Shown: positions 39,576 to 53,421, counted from the first letter of the stretch. The stretch is DNA of 64,000 nucleotides from Camelus ferus (GCF_009834535.1 NC_045696.1:81904001-81968000); one strand, 5' to 3'. A program made the numbers and translations. Notes: generated from the sequence alone by a model not told the origin.

Positions 39576-41459
39576 CAGTGAGGCCAGGGATTCCCCGAGG
39601 CCCCAAAAGGATTTCCATAGAGAGAATGTCTCAGGGCACCACCTTTATGTGTCTTATGTGTGTGACCACTCGTGCATACACATAGGGTCTGTTTCCATGG
39701 TAACGCTAGGTCCACTGGTGGGCTTGCCGTTCTTTATTTGGAACATTGAGGATCTTTCCCTACATAGATAGCGTTAGAAATGGCAGTTAGATTCTTACAC
39801 CTACACCTGCTTAATCTGTAATACCAGAAGCAATAGTTCAGTACAGTCCATCATTGTTTATAATGTCTTTTTGCCTGATGTCAGAGGGTGAAAGAAACAG
39901 GAAAATGGTTTCCGTGAAGTCAACATTAATAGAAGGGGACTTCATAAGGCTTCTCCAGGTTTTAAAAGGAGACGGATGCTCTCTTAAGTCCCAGAGGCCC
40001 AAGAAACCTGCTAGCCGGGAAAGTACGAATCTAAACATGGACCTAGAGATATAACCATAGAATATTAATTCTCACAATGCAAACGGTCTGATTTTTTTAA
40101 AAAGAAATATAGAAGTGAGTGATCAAATTAAAAGCAAACAAAAACAGAAAGTAAAACCAAGGCAACTGCAGTTCTTTCCTTCCCTCCTCCCACCCCAAAA
40201 CCAACGCCTATGTTTTCCTACCGGTCTTAGCAGCAGGGATGGGTGTAGGGCAAGAACAGCAGTTACTCTTGTGGTAGAGGAGGTGGGGGGGGGGGAGGAG
40301 CGGGGCGAGGACACAGATTCTGGGTGGGGCGTGCTCAGCTATTTTTAGAGAGCACCCATGTGAGGACTCCCAAGGCCTGAGGGTGAGACCTTGCAGTTGT
40401 GTGAGCTTCTAGGGATAGGATTCTTAATCAGAGGTGTGAAGTCTCTCTTTTCATCCCCACCCAACCCCAACCGCATGAAATCCCATCACAAAGAGCCAGG
40501 AACGAAGTGAATACTCTTCTGGGTCTGTGAACACAGGCTTGGGAGAGCTTCTGAACTAGACTCTCCCCAGCCCTGCTCCAGAGCAAGCCCCTGTGATACC
40601 TCCAGGGGGCTCCACACAGAGACAAAGGGCACAGTTTGGGGGGATCATTGTGCTGTAAAAAAAAGAATTCTCTTCAGTTCTCTGAAATTCTTCTCATCAG
40701 TTCTCTGAAAAGAACCGGAGTTCCTCTGTGGGCCAGAGAGAAGGGGGAATGTGTCCTTTCACCTCTGGAAGCCGTCTCAAGACGTCATCCCATCAGAGGC
40801 TCCTCTGCCGGGGGTTGGGGGAGGTGGGGTTGAGGTCCACATTTCCAGGACAATATTTCCCAGATTTGCCATTCGTATCAAATTTGACTCCAGTGGCTTT
40901 TGAGTATTTCTGAGAACTAAATCCATCTTCAGGGTATGAAATGAGTGGCCACTGAGGATTTTCAATAGGACTTTTTGCCTGGTTAAGGTGGAAGAGGCAA
41001 TCTATACACTGACATTCTCCACTCCCAAATTCTTCCAACAAAATAGAAAACTAATAACCAACTAAATTACTCTATGCTTTTCAGTCTCTACAGTCTTTCA
41101 GGAGTCCCCTTTCCCTTGATTTCCATTTATTACCTGAGCAATTGTGGGCCTTCTCTAAATGCTTCCTTTGACATCAGTGATGGGGAATCCCACAAAACCC
41201 CAGAATGATTCACCTTCCCGACTACAGCAAAAATTCTCTAGCCTAGGTCAGCATTTAGGGTGTGTGGGTGAAGGCCTTTCCCTGGTTCTGTTTTCCAAAC
41301 CTTATTAAAGCATAAAATTTAACTGCATGACCTATAAAAAAAACACCAGCCCCTTAGTTCCAGTTCTGCTGAAGCAAATGAGAGTTTCCCTGCCAACCTC
41401 TACTCATGATGAAACCACAAGCCAGCAGGAGCACTCTCTCTCCAAAGTACACAGCTAAC

Positions 41460-41760
41460 GTTTGTTCATTCACTCATGTATTTATTCATTTGGTAAATCT
41501 TTCTAGAGGGCCCATGCACCAAGCATTGCTCTAGGTGCTGGGACTGCAATAGTAAATTAAATTTGCATGACCCCTGTCCTCATGGAACACAGATTGGTGG
41601 AGGTGACAGATGATGGCAAAAGAAATCAGCAAACATATACTTGCACATCATGAGAGATGCTGTGAAGAAGACAAAGTGAGATGACAGAGAAGAGTGGAGC
41701 AGGCTAGGTAAGGTGGCCCTAGGTTGTCCTCTTTGGGGAAAAGACATACATGCCTGAAGG
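41460..41760 (-). mobile_element. L2 LINE 3' fragment
   Basis: ttcattcactca...ttcattt, ctaggtgctgggactgca, ccctgtcctcatggaac. Confidence 0.6.
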
Positions 41761-43396
41761 GTCTAACTGCCCACCTGAGAAAAGGAGAGAGGGGAGAAGA
41801 GTATCACAGGCAGAGGGATGGCGTATGGTAAGATCTTAGGTGGAAACGCGTGTGGCAGGAAGAAGGGATGGGGTTTGGTGTTTGGGTGTCGGATTCCTGA
41901 TCCCTGAGACACTGGTTGTCACAGATGGCAGGCCTCAGAGTCGAGCAGTGAGCCAGGTGCCACGTCTTCCCCAAATGAAATGGAATCGGCAGGATGATGT
42001 TCCATGACAAAGAGGCAGAGCCACACAGCACAAGCCCAAAAAAACTGGTCTTTTGCACGTGGGTGGAGGAGTAACAGTTTGCAGTGGCACTGAGGAACCA
42101 GGAGGATGCTCAACCCTGGGAACCATTAGAATGAGCCGCCTCCACTTGAGAGGGCGGCAGGGAAACACATCCTCGGGGGACAGTCAGGGGAGGAAGGAGA
42201 ATGCAGTGAGTAGGCTGAAAGCACTGATGCTCATGTCTCCAGGAAGAAGTGTCCCAGCAGGCACAGAGAACCATTAGGAGGGAAAGGAAGAAGTTTGCGA
42301 AGGGTGAAAACAGAGAAGAATGAGAATGAGAGTACAAGGCAGGCTGCCTCCCTGGGGTCACATCTTGGAGGGTCACCATAAACAAGATACAGGCATAGCC
42401 AACCCCAAGATGTCTAAAAGAACTAACGCCCACACAGAGGTGTGTGTATGTGTTGCAGGGGGCACCCTGGTTTCCCAGCAGTCAGCAGCATCCTGGACTT
42501 CTTGATCTGAGGAAGTCGTGGTTAGATGAGGCCAGTCACAGGGTTATCTCACTGGGCAGGCTCACACCAAATACTGGACCTAGGAAAAGTTTCTGGTGCA
42601 CTACCATGCAGTTCTGAGTGCTTGAAAGAAAGAAGTCCTGGGCTGTTCAAGACAATGTATTTCATGCCTATGAAGCGGGAGGCTCAAATCATGGCAAGAC
42701 GGAGTACAACATCATGGGAAAAGGCTGGCAGGGTTGAACCAACACAGATGGTTGCAGAGAAGGGACTAAGGCCTTAAGCAGACCCACAAAGATGGCCATC
42801 AATGAGTTAGCAAGACAGCATTTAAAGAACAGTTCATTAATTAGTTGTGTGTAACTTCTCAGGAGACAGAATTTAGAGCAAACTTTACATAAACTGTCTT
42901 GAGAGGCAATAGGCACTGGGAGTCATGTGGACCTAAAGTAAGTTATTAACCTCCCTAAATCTGTATTTTTCCCCCATCTGCTGAATGATGATAATAGTAC
43001 ATGTTAATACAAGTTTGTGGTTCTCCGAATTTAACTTGAGACCACCTGAGATCCTGCCTACACAGATTTCAGTTCAGTAGCTCTGAGATGGGAAACAGAG
43101 GATTGATTGAGACGTGCAAAATGTTTAGCACATGCCTGCCCATGTCAGCTATTAAAATCCATAAATAGTATTTCTATTTGGGTGGACCCAACAGCAAGGA
43201 GTAACTTTCTTTGGGAAAATTAACTTCCTTTGGCATCACTGAAAATCAAACAGAAGTAAAAGTTGTCAGGTCTCATCATAAGGTACAAGCTTTCTCTCTA
43301 TTTCGAAATACAAAAAGGAATTTTTTTCTTTCCTTTTTTTCTATTACTACAGAAATTTGTAAAAATGTATTTAACTATTCCCCAGTTTTTGTAAAA

Positions 43397-43705
43397 TTTT
43401 TTTTAATCTTTACTGACATATAGTTGTACAATATAAGTTATAGGTGTACAATATAGTGATTCACAATTTAAAAAGGTTCTAGTCCACTTATAGTTATTAT
43501 AAAATATTGGCTATACCCCCCATGTTGTACAATATATCCTTGTGGCTTATTTTATATCTCATAGTTTGTACTTGTTAATCCTCCACCCCTATGTCCCCCT
43601 CCCCACCCCCCACTGGTAACCACAAGGTTGTCCTCTGTGATATCACTTATATTTGGAATCTAAAAAGTACAACACATTAGTGAATATAACAAAAAGGCAG
43701 ACTCA
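43397..43705 (-). mobile_element. 5'-truncated, 5'-inverted L1
   Basis: 43397-43637 is an L1 3' end on the minus strand; 43638-43705 is the adjacent upstream L1 segment on the plus strand. Confidence 0.78.
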
Positions 43706-45218
43706 TCACAAGGAAGTCTTATACTTTAAAGAATCCTCTCTAAGTGGACAGATTTCATTCTTCCTAGTTACCCGTACCTCCAACTAACAATGTGCAGATT
43801 ATAAAGTGGTGTCAACAACACAATGAATCTAAAAAGTTGTTGATGAAAAAACCTGTGAAGAAGAAGGTGTGAGGTTGTTTAATGCAACTCACGACACATT
43901 GTATGATCAGTTATTTTGGGCAATGAAGTAAATAACCGCCTGGAACTGAAGTATGCTGGGAATTCATTTTCAACGGGATTAGTAGGAAAATGGCTTTCCT
44001 TGGCAGACTGCTGCTTTCAGCTATTTACTTCCAACACAAGTGTTCAGTGTTTGTGAACAAATAGCAGCATAGTGAAAACTCTCCTGAAATCATGTTTTTA
44101 ATGGATTATCTGAATGTCTACAAACTTCAAGGGGTTAAATCTGATGCCATGCAATAGTAGACGTAGGAAGTTCCACAAGTAAAGAATGTGGACTATTTCT
44201 TGCATTTGTTTTAACTGAACTCCACTATATTTAAATGACTAAAATCAGCTGTGGCTCTTTATTTTCAGCTAAAGGTATCCTTCATAGATGGAAAAATACC
44301 CAGACAGCATGAAATATGACGTAACTAGACTCTTGCTTGATATATCTCCAGTGCCCAGCACCCAGTGAGTCTTCATTTGTCTTGAACAAATATGGGAGGT
44401 CTAACACCCAGAACAGATAAGAAGGCAAAGCAGTTCTATGAAAACTTGCCAGACTGCCAGGTAAGTATGTGAGATTTCCTTCAAAAGAGCAATTCAAATG
44501 TTGAACTTTAATAGTTCTGTAAAATCAAAATACACATGATGAGCACTGATGAAATCCTAGACCCTCTCGGTAACTGTCCTGGAGTGCATACAAGGGATCC
44601 TCCAAAGGGCGAGCGCTGGTGATTCTGACCTTCATTACAGCAAGACACTGGCCCCTGGTGGTGAAGCGGATGGAATCACCCTTCTGAGATGCAACCAGAG
44701 ATGCTGCTGTCTCACATCCACATTTTTCAGACCTCACTACTCGGGGGCAGAATGTTAATTTTTATTTTAACTATTGGAAATCTCCCCTATCTAAAGGGGT
44801 AACAGACACATTGACTTTTTTTTTCTTTTAAACTTAAGCCAACTTTTCAGGAATGAATTTATTCCTTGTATCACACACACATACAAAATTCCTTACAATA
44901 AAACTTTTTAAAATCCAGTAGAATAAGCATAGCGCTGAATTACAAGTCTTCAATAAATACATGAATTAAAACTTTAAAGAAGGTAATAATTTAGCAAAAT
45001 ATCAAGTCTTATTAGACTGATTCACTGATTCAGATTTCTTCATTAAAATATTTCAAACTGAGTAAACTTCCAAAAGGCTCACAAATGCACATACTTTCAT
45101 GACCTTTAAATTTAAAAATCTGGCTTTTTAGTAAAAATCGAGTGTGGAGAAAAACATTTCACTTAGGAAAAGTTGTTTCTGGAAAAGACCATAAAATGTG
45201 AGTTAGAATTAGGTTTCT

Positions 45219-45307
45219 CGAATATATGTATGCATGTGCATGACTGGGACTCTGCTGTACATCAGAAATTGACACATTGTAACTAACTGTACTTCAATGT
45301 AAAAAAA
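45219..45307 (+). mobile_element. Very short L1 3' end with 14-bp TSD
   Basis: TSD agaattaggtttct at 45205-45218 and 45308-45321; body matches the tail of the copy at 61005-61090. Confidence 0.88.
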
Positions 45308-47134
45308 AGAATTAGGTTTCTGTATTTAACTATCTTTACATGATTCTTTTCCCTAAATATATTATGAATAACAAAAAGTCACTAAGTATAAACCCCCACA
45401 TTGCAGAGTTTACATCATGGAAGGTTTAAATCTAGGTACCCAGTACTACCTCTCAAAACACAGCACTTCCCTTTTATGGAAAAAAACAAAGCACCTAATT
45501 TTTCAAGGATTTTGCTAGAGACTTTCAACGGGCTCCTTTTCCCCCCAAGGGGTTCTTTCTTACACAATTAGAATTTGCTTCTGACCAGCTAAACTGTCAA
45601 TGAGCTAAAGCTCTCTCTAGTGAATCCATCTGGTATGGGGCTTAACTGTCAGACAGCCTATTAAAGATCACACTAAACAGCCACTTAATTCTTAGAAAAC
45701 TTGTAATTCCATTTTTTTCAATAAAAACATTAAAAAGTCATTGGAATAAAAATACAGTGTTAATGTCAGTAAGGCACAAATTGCTACACAAAGGTGAATT
45801 GCACTGCCAGATTTCAAGCCAAAAATCACTCCAAGTTCTGAACTGGATTCATCTTAATTATAAATTTCAGAGATGAGCTGTACAAATGCTAATCTAAGCT
45901 GAAGCATCTGACAATTTTCTCTCCCAATTCCAATTCATATTTTTGAGCACAAAAGCCAAAAATGATCTTATATATAGAAATACTATGTGTATGTGCGTGT
46001 GCGTGTATGTATGTATATACAGAGGGGGGAATCTCTCTAGATCTAAGATTTTATTCTTATTATGTATAATAAATTTGAAAACTTTAGAGCAAGGATCAAT
46101 TTTATATGAAAATCAAGTAAAATTCATACAAGTTTCACTGGTGAAGGTGATAACCTTTCATGACCACATAATGTATATTTTATGACATTTTTCTGGCTTT
46201 TATCACTGGACTATTTGTTGTGGAAACAACCATCTTTCTCAGTGTGTCTGTGCTCTCTCTTGAATGTCAAGGGCAAACATTCTCTTTTTTAAGCCTTATT
46301 TAGCACCAGGCATTGGAAATTCCAGTACCTGCTAGAACAATATACTTTGGATACAAACTACTCAGACTATCTGGGTTTTAACTGATTCCTGAAGTCCTAG
46401 AGGAGACGAGGGTAAACCTATGAAGGGAGGCCATCAAATACGCCAAATGACTTGCTGTTGGGTGTTGACAAGAAACCAAGCTGTTGGATTTTAAAGACTG
46501 GAGATTGACTTTACTTTTCAGGGAGAAACTGGTTGCCCTACTATTTGCCTGAATACAAAATTTCCCTGAAGCTTCAAACCCCATTTTGGGAATTTACTAA
46601 CTCAAAGAAAACAACCAAATTTATGATTTGGTACAGGGGATATTAGGATAAAATAATAGAGAAGACACAGGAGATCATCTTTGGTGGTTTTAATATACAG
46701 GCTCTAGCTATCTGACAAGTCAATTTAAAAAGCTCTTAAGATTTCACTCTTCTTGTAAAGGGAAAGTTATGGTGAAGAGGATCCTAAGTGTGGGACACTG
46801 AGCTCATGCTTGTTTATGTATGGGCACTAGGCTACAACTGCGAAAGGAGAAGTTGTGGAACTCCAGAACAGATCACTGTAGAACACACTGTTCTGAATCT
46901 GTCTAAATTTGGTTCAGTTTTAAAACTAGTTAAAACGCTTTATGTTCACTTGATTTTTCACTAATTTGTTTTTCAAGATAAGAGATTCATAGAAGGGTTA
47001 GTTTAAAAATACACGGACTAATATTTTATGAGCAAATGTCTATAATATGGCATCAGAACTACCAGAATGCTGCTCTAAGTACAGTGAAATTCCAAACACA
47101 ACACTCTGATATGCTACATATTAAAAATGTTCCA

Positions 47135-49676
47135 ATCTTGATGAGTATTAAACATTTTATTTAAAGATTTTAAAGTAAAAAAAAAAAAGGTACACAAATA
47201 CAGATTACATTATACGAAGACAAAAATCAAAATTAAAAAAATTTAAAAGTAAATGTATAGGTACTAAACAAGCACGATACCTGATATCCATTTCAGGCTG
47301 CACACACATAAAATGACCTGACCACACACATGCTTCTGCAAAAGAGATTTTTTCTTAGAACACCAAAATTCCAACCATTCTGACTCTCAACTGCCTTAGT
47401 CCCCTGGTGAGTAATTTGAGAAAACATCTATGTAATAGAAAAAGAATTGGCAATGGCACATAAAGACTACAAAAAACAGAATACAATTAAAAACATATTT
47501 GTAATGCAATTCTGTATAAAATATACACAGTAAATTTTATTAGTTTAAAAAAAAGATTTAAAAACAAAAGGCCACCCTGAATAATGGTTAAAACCTCATC
47601 ACAGAAAAATGCTCATCATTTGTAACATTACTGATAGAAAACTGATGGATTTTTTTTTTGAGAAGATATCTAAGTTGAAGATGTCTTTCATTCAAAATTT
47701 ATTTAAAATTGTAGATAAGATAGTAACTCACTGTCTACCCTTTGCAAAATATTTTATCATGAATACTCTAATGCTCTAAGGACAAAATAAAAAAATAACT
47801 CGGAGAATTTAAAGTGTTTTTCAAAATGAGGTCCAAAGACCCAACAGAATTCTAAGGTGGGCCCAGTAATGTGCATTTTAAACAAACTTACTAGGTGATT
47901 ATTCCACATTCTAACATCTGAGATACTAATGCCCGAAGGGAAACAGTACCACTTAAAAGCAAGATCACAAGCATATTTCTGACATAAGATGCCAGAATTT
48001 TCTAAAAGTTTATGATTTGAAGTGAATACTGCTTTTTGTTTTAAAACAAGTTTCAGGTATTAAGAGAAACACATATACCAGTTAAATAAATGTATGAAAG
48101 TGTTTCCTTTGAGGTGTTCACTGCTTTCTGACTTAGTTATTAGAAGAAAAGAGAGTATATGGCCAGAAACTTTGGAAAAATTACATTTCAAATGAAATGC
48201 AGCATCTAAAAAAAGAGATAATTTATTAAATGCCTATATATTTTAAATCATTCTAAATTTAAGACTAGATAGCTCTTCTAAAAATTACATTTTACTAAGG
48301 TTGGACAATTGTAAGTAATTTAAATGATCATGGTTATTTTTAAAATCCCTTTTAATAAAAAAAATATTTAAAAATAAACAGAAGGATGCTATCACTGGCA
48401 TCACTTTAAATAATAAATTGTTAAACACTAATATTAATAAAATATAATCTGAAGAACTCTGCCTCTGAAATGTATTCTATTCTGATTACATGTGTTACCC
48501 ACTTAACAAAAACTCATTGAAGGAGCTGGAACTGTGATGAATATGAATATATGTGCATATCCTGAACATTTATTAATTTTATTATTTTTCTTGGATTTCA
48601 TTGATGACTCCATAAACAGGGTCCAAAAGTATGGATAATGTGGTTTGGGAGAAGAAACAAGCAAGGTTAAGACACCATTTGGAAGATAAATTATTTTCCT
48701 GTATACTAAATTACAAGGAAAAAATCGTATACATTCTGTGTCCACTGGATAACGGAATGCTTTTACAAGTTTGGTAACAAGTGAGTGCTTCCTTATTATT
48801 TAAATAAAATCACAAAAAGCAACCACGGGATTTACCCTCCAATAAGAAATAAATATTACAGTTTAATTTTCTGTGTCTGTTTTAAGTTTCTAATTTTTTC
48901 CTTTTAATATACAAGAAATGTTCCATTTAACTGCATCCTGGGTCCTTGGAACTACATTTATTAATATTCCAGTTAAAGTTCTGGTTAAAGGGACAAGCCA
49001 AGAAGCTACAGAATACAACCCTCTAATATACTACAGAAATAACTTGAATCAGTTCTTCAAAAACAGCTAATGATTTGGAATCTGATTCTTAGTAAAATGT
49101 GCCTATTTTTTTCCTCAAGGAGAATCTATATTCCCCAATTCTAAGCAAGCGACATCTTTTATTACCAATTTAATAACTATTGCCTTAAAAATCAATAATT
49201 TAATTTTCCAAGGCAATGATAAAATTTACAGCTGAATTTTAAACCACCAAAAAGTCAGAAAGTAATAGGTAATAAAGCAAGTTGTTCTGAATTGCTCTTT
49301 TATTCCAAAATTTAAACACTTAAATTACTTAATAGTGTCACAACAATCATGGGAGGCTCATGATGTAATCCCACCATGTGTCTTAATGCAATAGATACTC
49401 TTTTTAGGTAAGTATTTCCTTTAAACAAAAAAGACAACTTTATTATTCATCAGTAGGTTGCTGGATTACCAGTGTAACCAACTTTTGACACGATTGTCTG
49501 GAAACTAATTTTTTTCACAGTTAAACTGAGATTTAATAATTGACTCTTACAGTCAACAACTATTGAATGCTCTGTTTTGTAGGTGAAAAATATAAAATGG
49601 TTCATTGCATCCAGGCTGGTAACAAGTGTACCCATGCATTAAATGGCAACACAAGCAAAATGCATAGTTGAGAAGT
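47135..49676 (-). other. PRKCI: PRKCI 3' UTR (distal end approximate)
   Basis: Follows the stop codon; AU-rich; AATAAA at 47156-47161 followed by a GU-rich tract (gtgttgtgttt) at about 47094-47104. Confidence 0.6.
47156..47161 (-). terminator. Candidate distal polyadenylation signal of PRKCI
   Basis: AATAAA on the minus strand with a downstream GU-rich element. Confidence 0.5.
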
Positions 49677-49764
49677 TCAGACACATTCTTCTGCAGACAT
49701 CAAAAGAGGATTAATGTACTCAAAACCTTCAAATTCAGACTGATCAATCTTCTTTACAATGTCA
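49677..49764 (-). CDS. PRKCI: PRKCI last coding exon (exon 18)
   Basis: Acceptor caacag|T; translates [28 protein letters not shown], with the aPKC hydrophobic motif FEGFEY; TGA at 49677-49679. Confidence 0.96.
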
Positions 49765-50849
49765 CTGTTGAAAGAAGAATAAATTAATTTTCATAATCAA
49801 AATTTCTTTGATTTTTTTATTTAAATGGTAAAATAAGATTAAAAAATTAAAAATAAAGCTAATTTATATAAATTATGGCAGGAAAAAAACCTATAAGTTT
49901 TTAGATTAATTCCAAAACATTTTCTAGAAGAATCACCATGAGTGCTGAAAACCAGAAAAGACTAAGAATCCCACAGGCAAGTTTAGGACCAAAAAGTAGC
50001 GCAAACCTGAAGACTGGGAATAAATAAGGCACAAATTATCACAGTCCTGGTGATTTTAACTTTTGACCTGAAGAACGTTCATAATTACAGGTGAACATCC
50101 AGGTCTGAATTAGCATTCAATTTAGCAGTCGCCCCAACAGCCAGATGGAAGATGGTGAAAAGAATGCCCAGAAGGAGTTAACCAAAATGAAAAGGCAACA
50201 GGAGCAAGTACACCGATAGACCTGGAGTGAAGAGACCCCCACAGGGAGGCAGTGAGTGGGTCACAGGCAACAGAGAGGCTGGCATTCTGTGACACTGTGC
50301 TTCTAGTTTAATATAAAAGAGTGTGTACCGCCACCAAGTATTTTAGTACTTAAATGTACATGCCATACTGCAGAGCACAAAGTTACACGGGCTACAGTCC
50401 CTAGCTTCAAGAAGGGGAGGTAGTTCATATAACAGAAAGCAGTACACCTGCTAAGTTTCATACAGGACAAGCGAAGTCCTGCTCTAACCACAGTTCTAAA
50501 GAAAAGGGTGACTTCTACTTGGAGAAATTAAGAAGGGTAGCATCATTCCACAAACACTTACTAAATGGAATTATGAAAGATTATGGTAGGTCTGCAGAAA
50601 CACAAGTAATTTACTAGAGTTGGAGCACAGAAACAGTGGGGTGTTAAGTGGCAGATGATGGCCAGCTCAAAGAAGCCAGCCAAGTTTACACTAAGGAGTT
50701 CCCCCTCGATGGAGTCCCATCATGGATCTGGGTACAAGTGAGGTAGCTCTGAGAGATGGGGAAGATTTTAAGAGGTAAAAAGGATGGAGGACTAGAGGGG
50801 AAATGGTATGAGCACAGTATTAACAGCAGACTATCAGGGAACGGTGAGT

Positions 50850-52740
50850 AACAGCCTGATTGGAACACAGCATTTGTGTTGAGTATAGTGAGAGAGATGG
50901 CTACAAAGTCAGGCTGCAGCAGATGGTGGGAGGCCTTAATTGCTTACTAAGGATAGATTTTTATCTGTTAGGCAATGTAGCAGTTACTGAAGGTTTCTGA
51001 GCAGAAGAGTTAAAGAACTGGAGTGGTGCTTCATGAGGTGTATCAAATGGGTTGCAAAGTAGAGAAGGAGCCCAATTTGGATGGCACAATATTCTAGGTA
51101 TGATTTGAAAGAGATCTGAACTGGGCTTAACGGCAGAGGGAACGGAAAGGAAGGATCTAACACAAGTGATGACGTAAAGGAAGAAGAGACAAGGACTCGG
51201 CAGGGGAAGGTATTACATGGTTTGTTAAGGAAAAGGAACATCTTGAATCTAAATGCAGGAATACATGTTGGTACGATGAGCAGAAAGGGGTAAATAAAAA
51301 CAAAGAACTGATTGAGAAAAATTTAGACTTCGTATGCTACAGGTGCTTGTCTGACAAACCAGGAGAGACGTTTAAACAAGCAGATGGAAATGCATCTCGG
51401 AAGAGGTATCTGGGCAGGGGTGAGGTGCCTCAGAAACCACCGCTCATTTACTCTTCACAGCAAGCCTGGGAGCTAGGCGGTACAAGAAGAAACAGGCTCA
51501 GAGGAGTCACGCCATTCACACGAGGGAAACCAGCTGGCAAGAGGTGGAGTCGGGATTTAAATTCCCACCTTCTGATTAAAGCCAGTGCTCTTTCTTATAC
51601 ACAATGCTGCCAGAAACAATGCTTTTGGTACATTTCTCTCTCCTCTAGCAGATAGTAAGATTTCTGAGAGACCGGCCTATGCCTTGATCACCTCTGAAAG
51701 TTTAGTACTCAGCACAGTGCCTTTTGCTCAACAATTGTTTGCCAATTACACTGGGAGTCACTCAATAGCTGGTATTCATGCTATGGGGCTGGCTGAAATC
51801 TCCAAGGTACAAACTGCAGGTGGCACAGAGAAGGCTGTCACAAACACAACCACAGAGCATCCTAGTCTCAAGGGGAAAGGGGAAAAAGGACAACAAGTGG
51901 TCAGAGGTGACACAGAACCAGGATGGGCAGTGCCAACTGAAGCAGGCCATGGGTGCCCAATGCTTTACAGACATCAGGGGAGATGGGAACAGATCAAAAA
52001 ATGCTTTAAAATGTAGAAATTAGGAAGTCAGTTCAAACTTCAAAAGCTGAAGGAGCAGGTTAAACTGTAAGAGGTTAAAGTGTTTGCAGCAAGAGTGCAA
52101 GACAAGCAATGCTGGCTACTCTGAACGAGTTAATGGCGATACTGCTTATTTTTCTTTTCCCATTAGCAACTATTACCTATTTTTGAAAAAGCTTGAAGAT
52201 GAAAAGAAAATGAGAAAAAAAATGCAGTGGTTCCAAGAAGTGGAAAAATTAGGATATTTGAGCATGTTTATAAGCAGAGGGAAAGAAGCTGGAAAAGAGG
52301 AGTTAAGGAGGCGGGCTAATGGAGGTAACTGACAAAACGAATCCTGGAGAAAATGAAGGAAATGGGTTTAGAAAAAGAGGAGGGTACTCCTTGCACAAGA
52401 GAGACAGCCTTCTAACAACAGGGAAGAAGAAAAAGTTTGGGAAGAGTCAGAAAGCAATTCTGAGATGTAAGGTGGTCTGGTGACAGCTGGAGAGGGTGCA
52501 AGCTCACACGAGGGAGGTCTCCATCCTTGCAGACAAGTTAAGGCAGGGTTAATATGTTAAGAGTGATGGAGGCAGGGGTGGGGTTGAAGGCTTCTAAAAT
52601 GCAGAGATAGTCAGGAACAGCTGTGGTGAGAAAAATGATAAGAACTAACAAGATGTAAAAGTAAAATGACTGCCAAGCAGTAAGGGCCTCCATGAGATGA
52701 GAGAAGGAATCTGTAACGACAGGTGAATGATCAGATATTC
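50850..52740. mobile_element. Degenerate L2/MIR fragments in PRKCI intron 17
   Basis: Purine-rich L2-like text (gattttatctg...actgaaggtttctgagcag) and MIR-like pieces; boundaries approximate. Confidence 0.45.
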
Positions 52741-52949
52741 CCAAGTTATTCTAAAAGATACAACATACACACAAAACATATGTCAGATCACTGCTGGCTG
52801 GACTTGATACGTTGATGTAATCTTTTAAAAAAGCAATTTGGCAATATATATCAAGAGCTTTACAAAGCTCATACCCTTTGACCTAATTCCCCCTCTAGGA
52901 ATCTTATCTTTGTAATACTCAGGAACTGACAAAGAAGGTCATCATCACA

Positions 52950-53180
52950 ATGGGAAACAGTGCAGTGCAGTGGAAAGAGGACAGGCCTTAGTCAGACTTG
53001 GGTATGAATCCTGGCTCTGCCACCTCACAGCTGTGTAACTTTGCTTAACCTCTCTGAGCCTCGGTTCCCTTATCTGAAAAACGAAGGTGACACAGACTAG
53101 GTTTACAAGGTTGTTGTGAGAATCAGAGATAATACATGTAAAGCAAAGTAGAAAATGGCAGTTACTGTTTTTATTATTGT
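52950..53180 (+). mobile_element. MIR SINE
   Basis: gaatcctggctctgccacctcacagctgtgtaactttgcttaacctctctgagcctcggttcccttatctg. Confidence 0.82.
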
Positions 53181-53305
53181 ATAAATCAAATATCCTGTAA
53201 CCGAATGATTAAATTATAGTGTAATCTGATAATGAAATATTGTAGCCATTAAAAATGGAATTTTCAAAGAACTTTAAAAACATTACAGTTTATGGAATTA
53301 CTTAC

Positions 53306-53421
53306 TCATCGTCTGGAGTGAGCTGGACAGGTTCATTCGTAAACTGAGAATCAAAGTTGTCCAAACCAAATTCCCCAGAAATATTTGGTTTAAAGGGAGG
53401 TACCACCTGCTTTTGCTCCAT
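53306..53421 (-). CDS. PRKCI: PRKCI exon 17 (116 nt), AGC C-terminal tail with turn motif
   Basis: ttctag|ATG ... GA|gtaagt; translates [38 protein letters not shown]. Confidence 0.96.
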
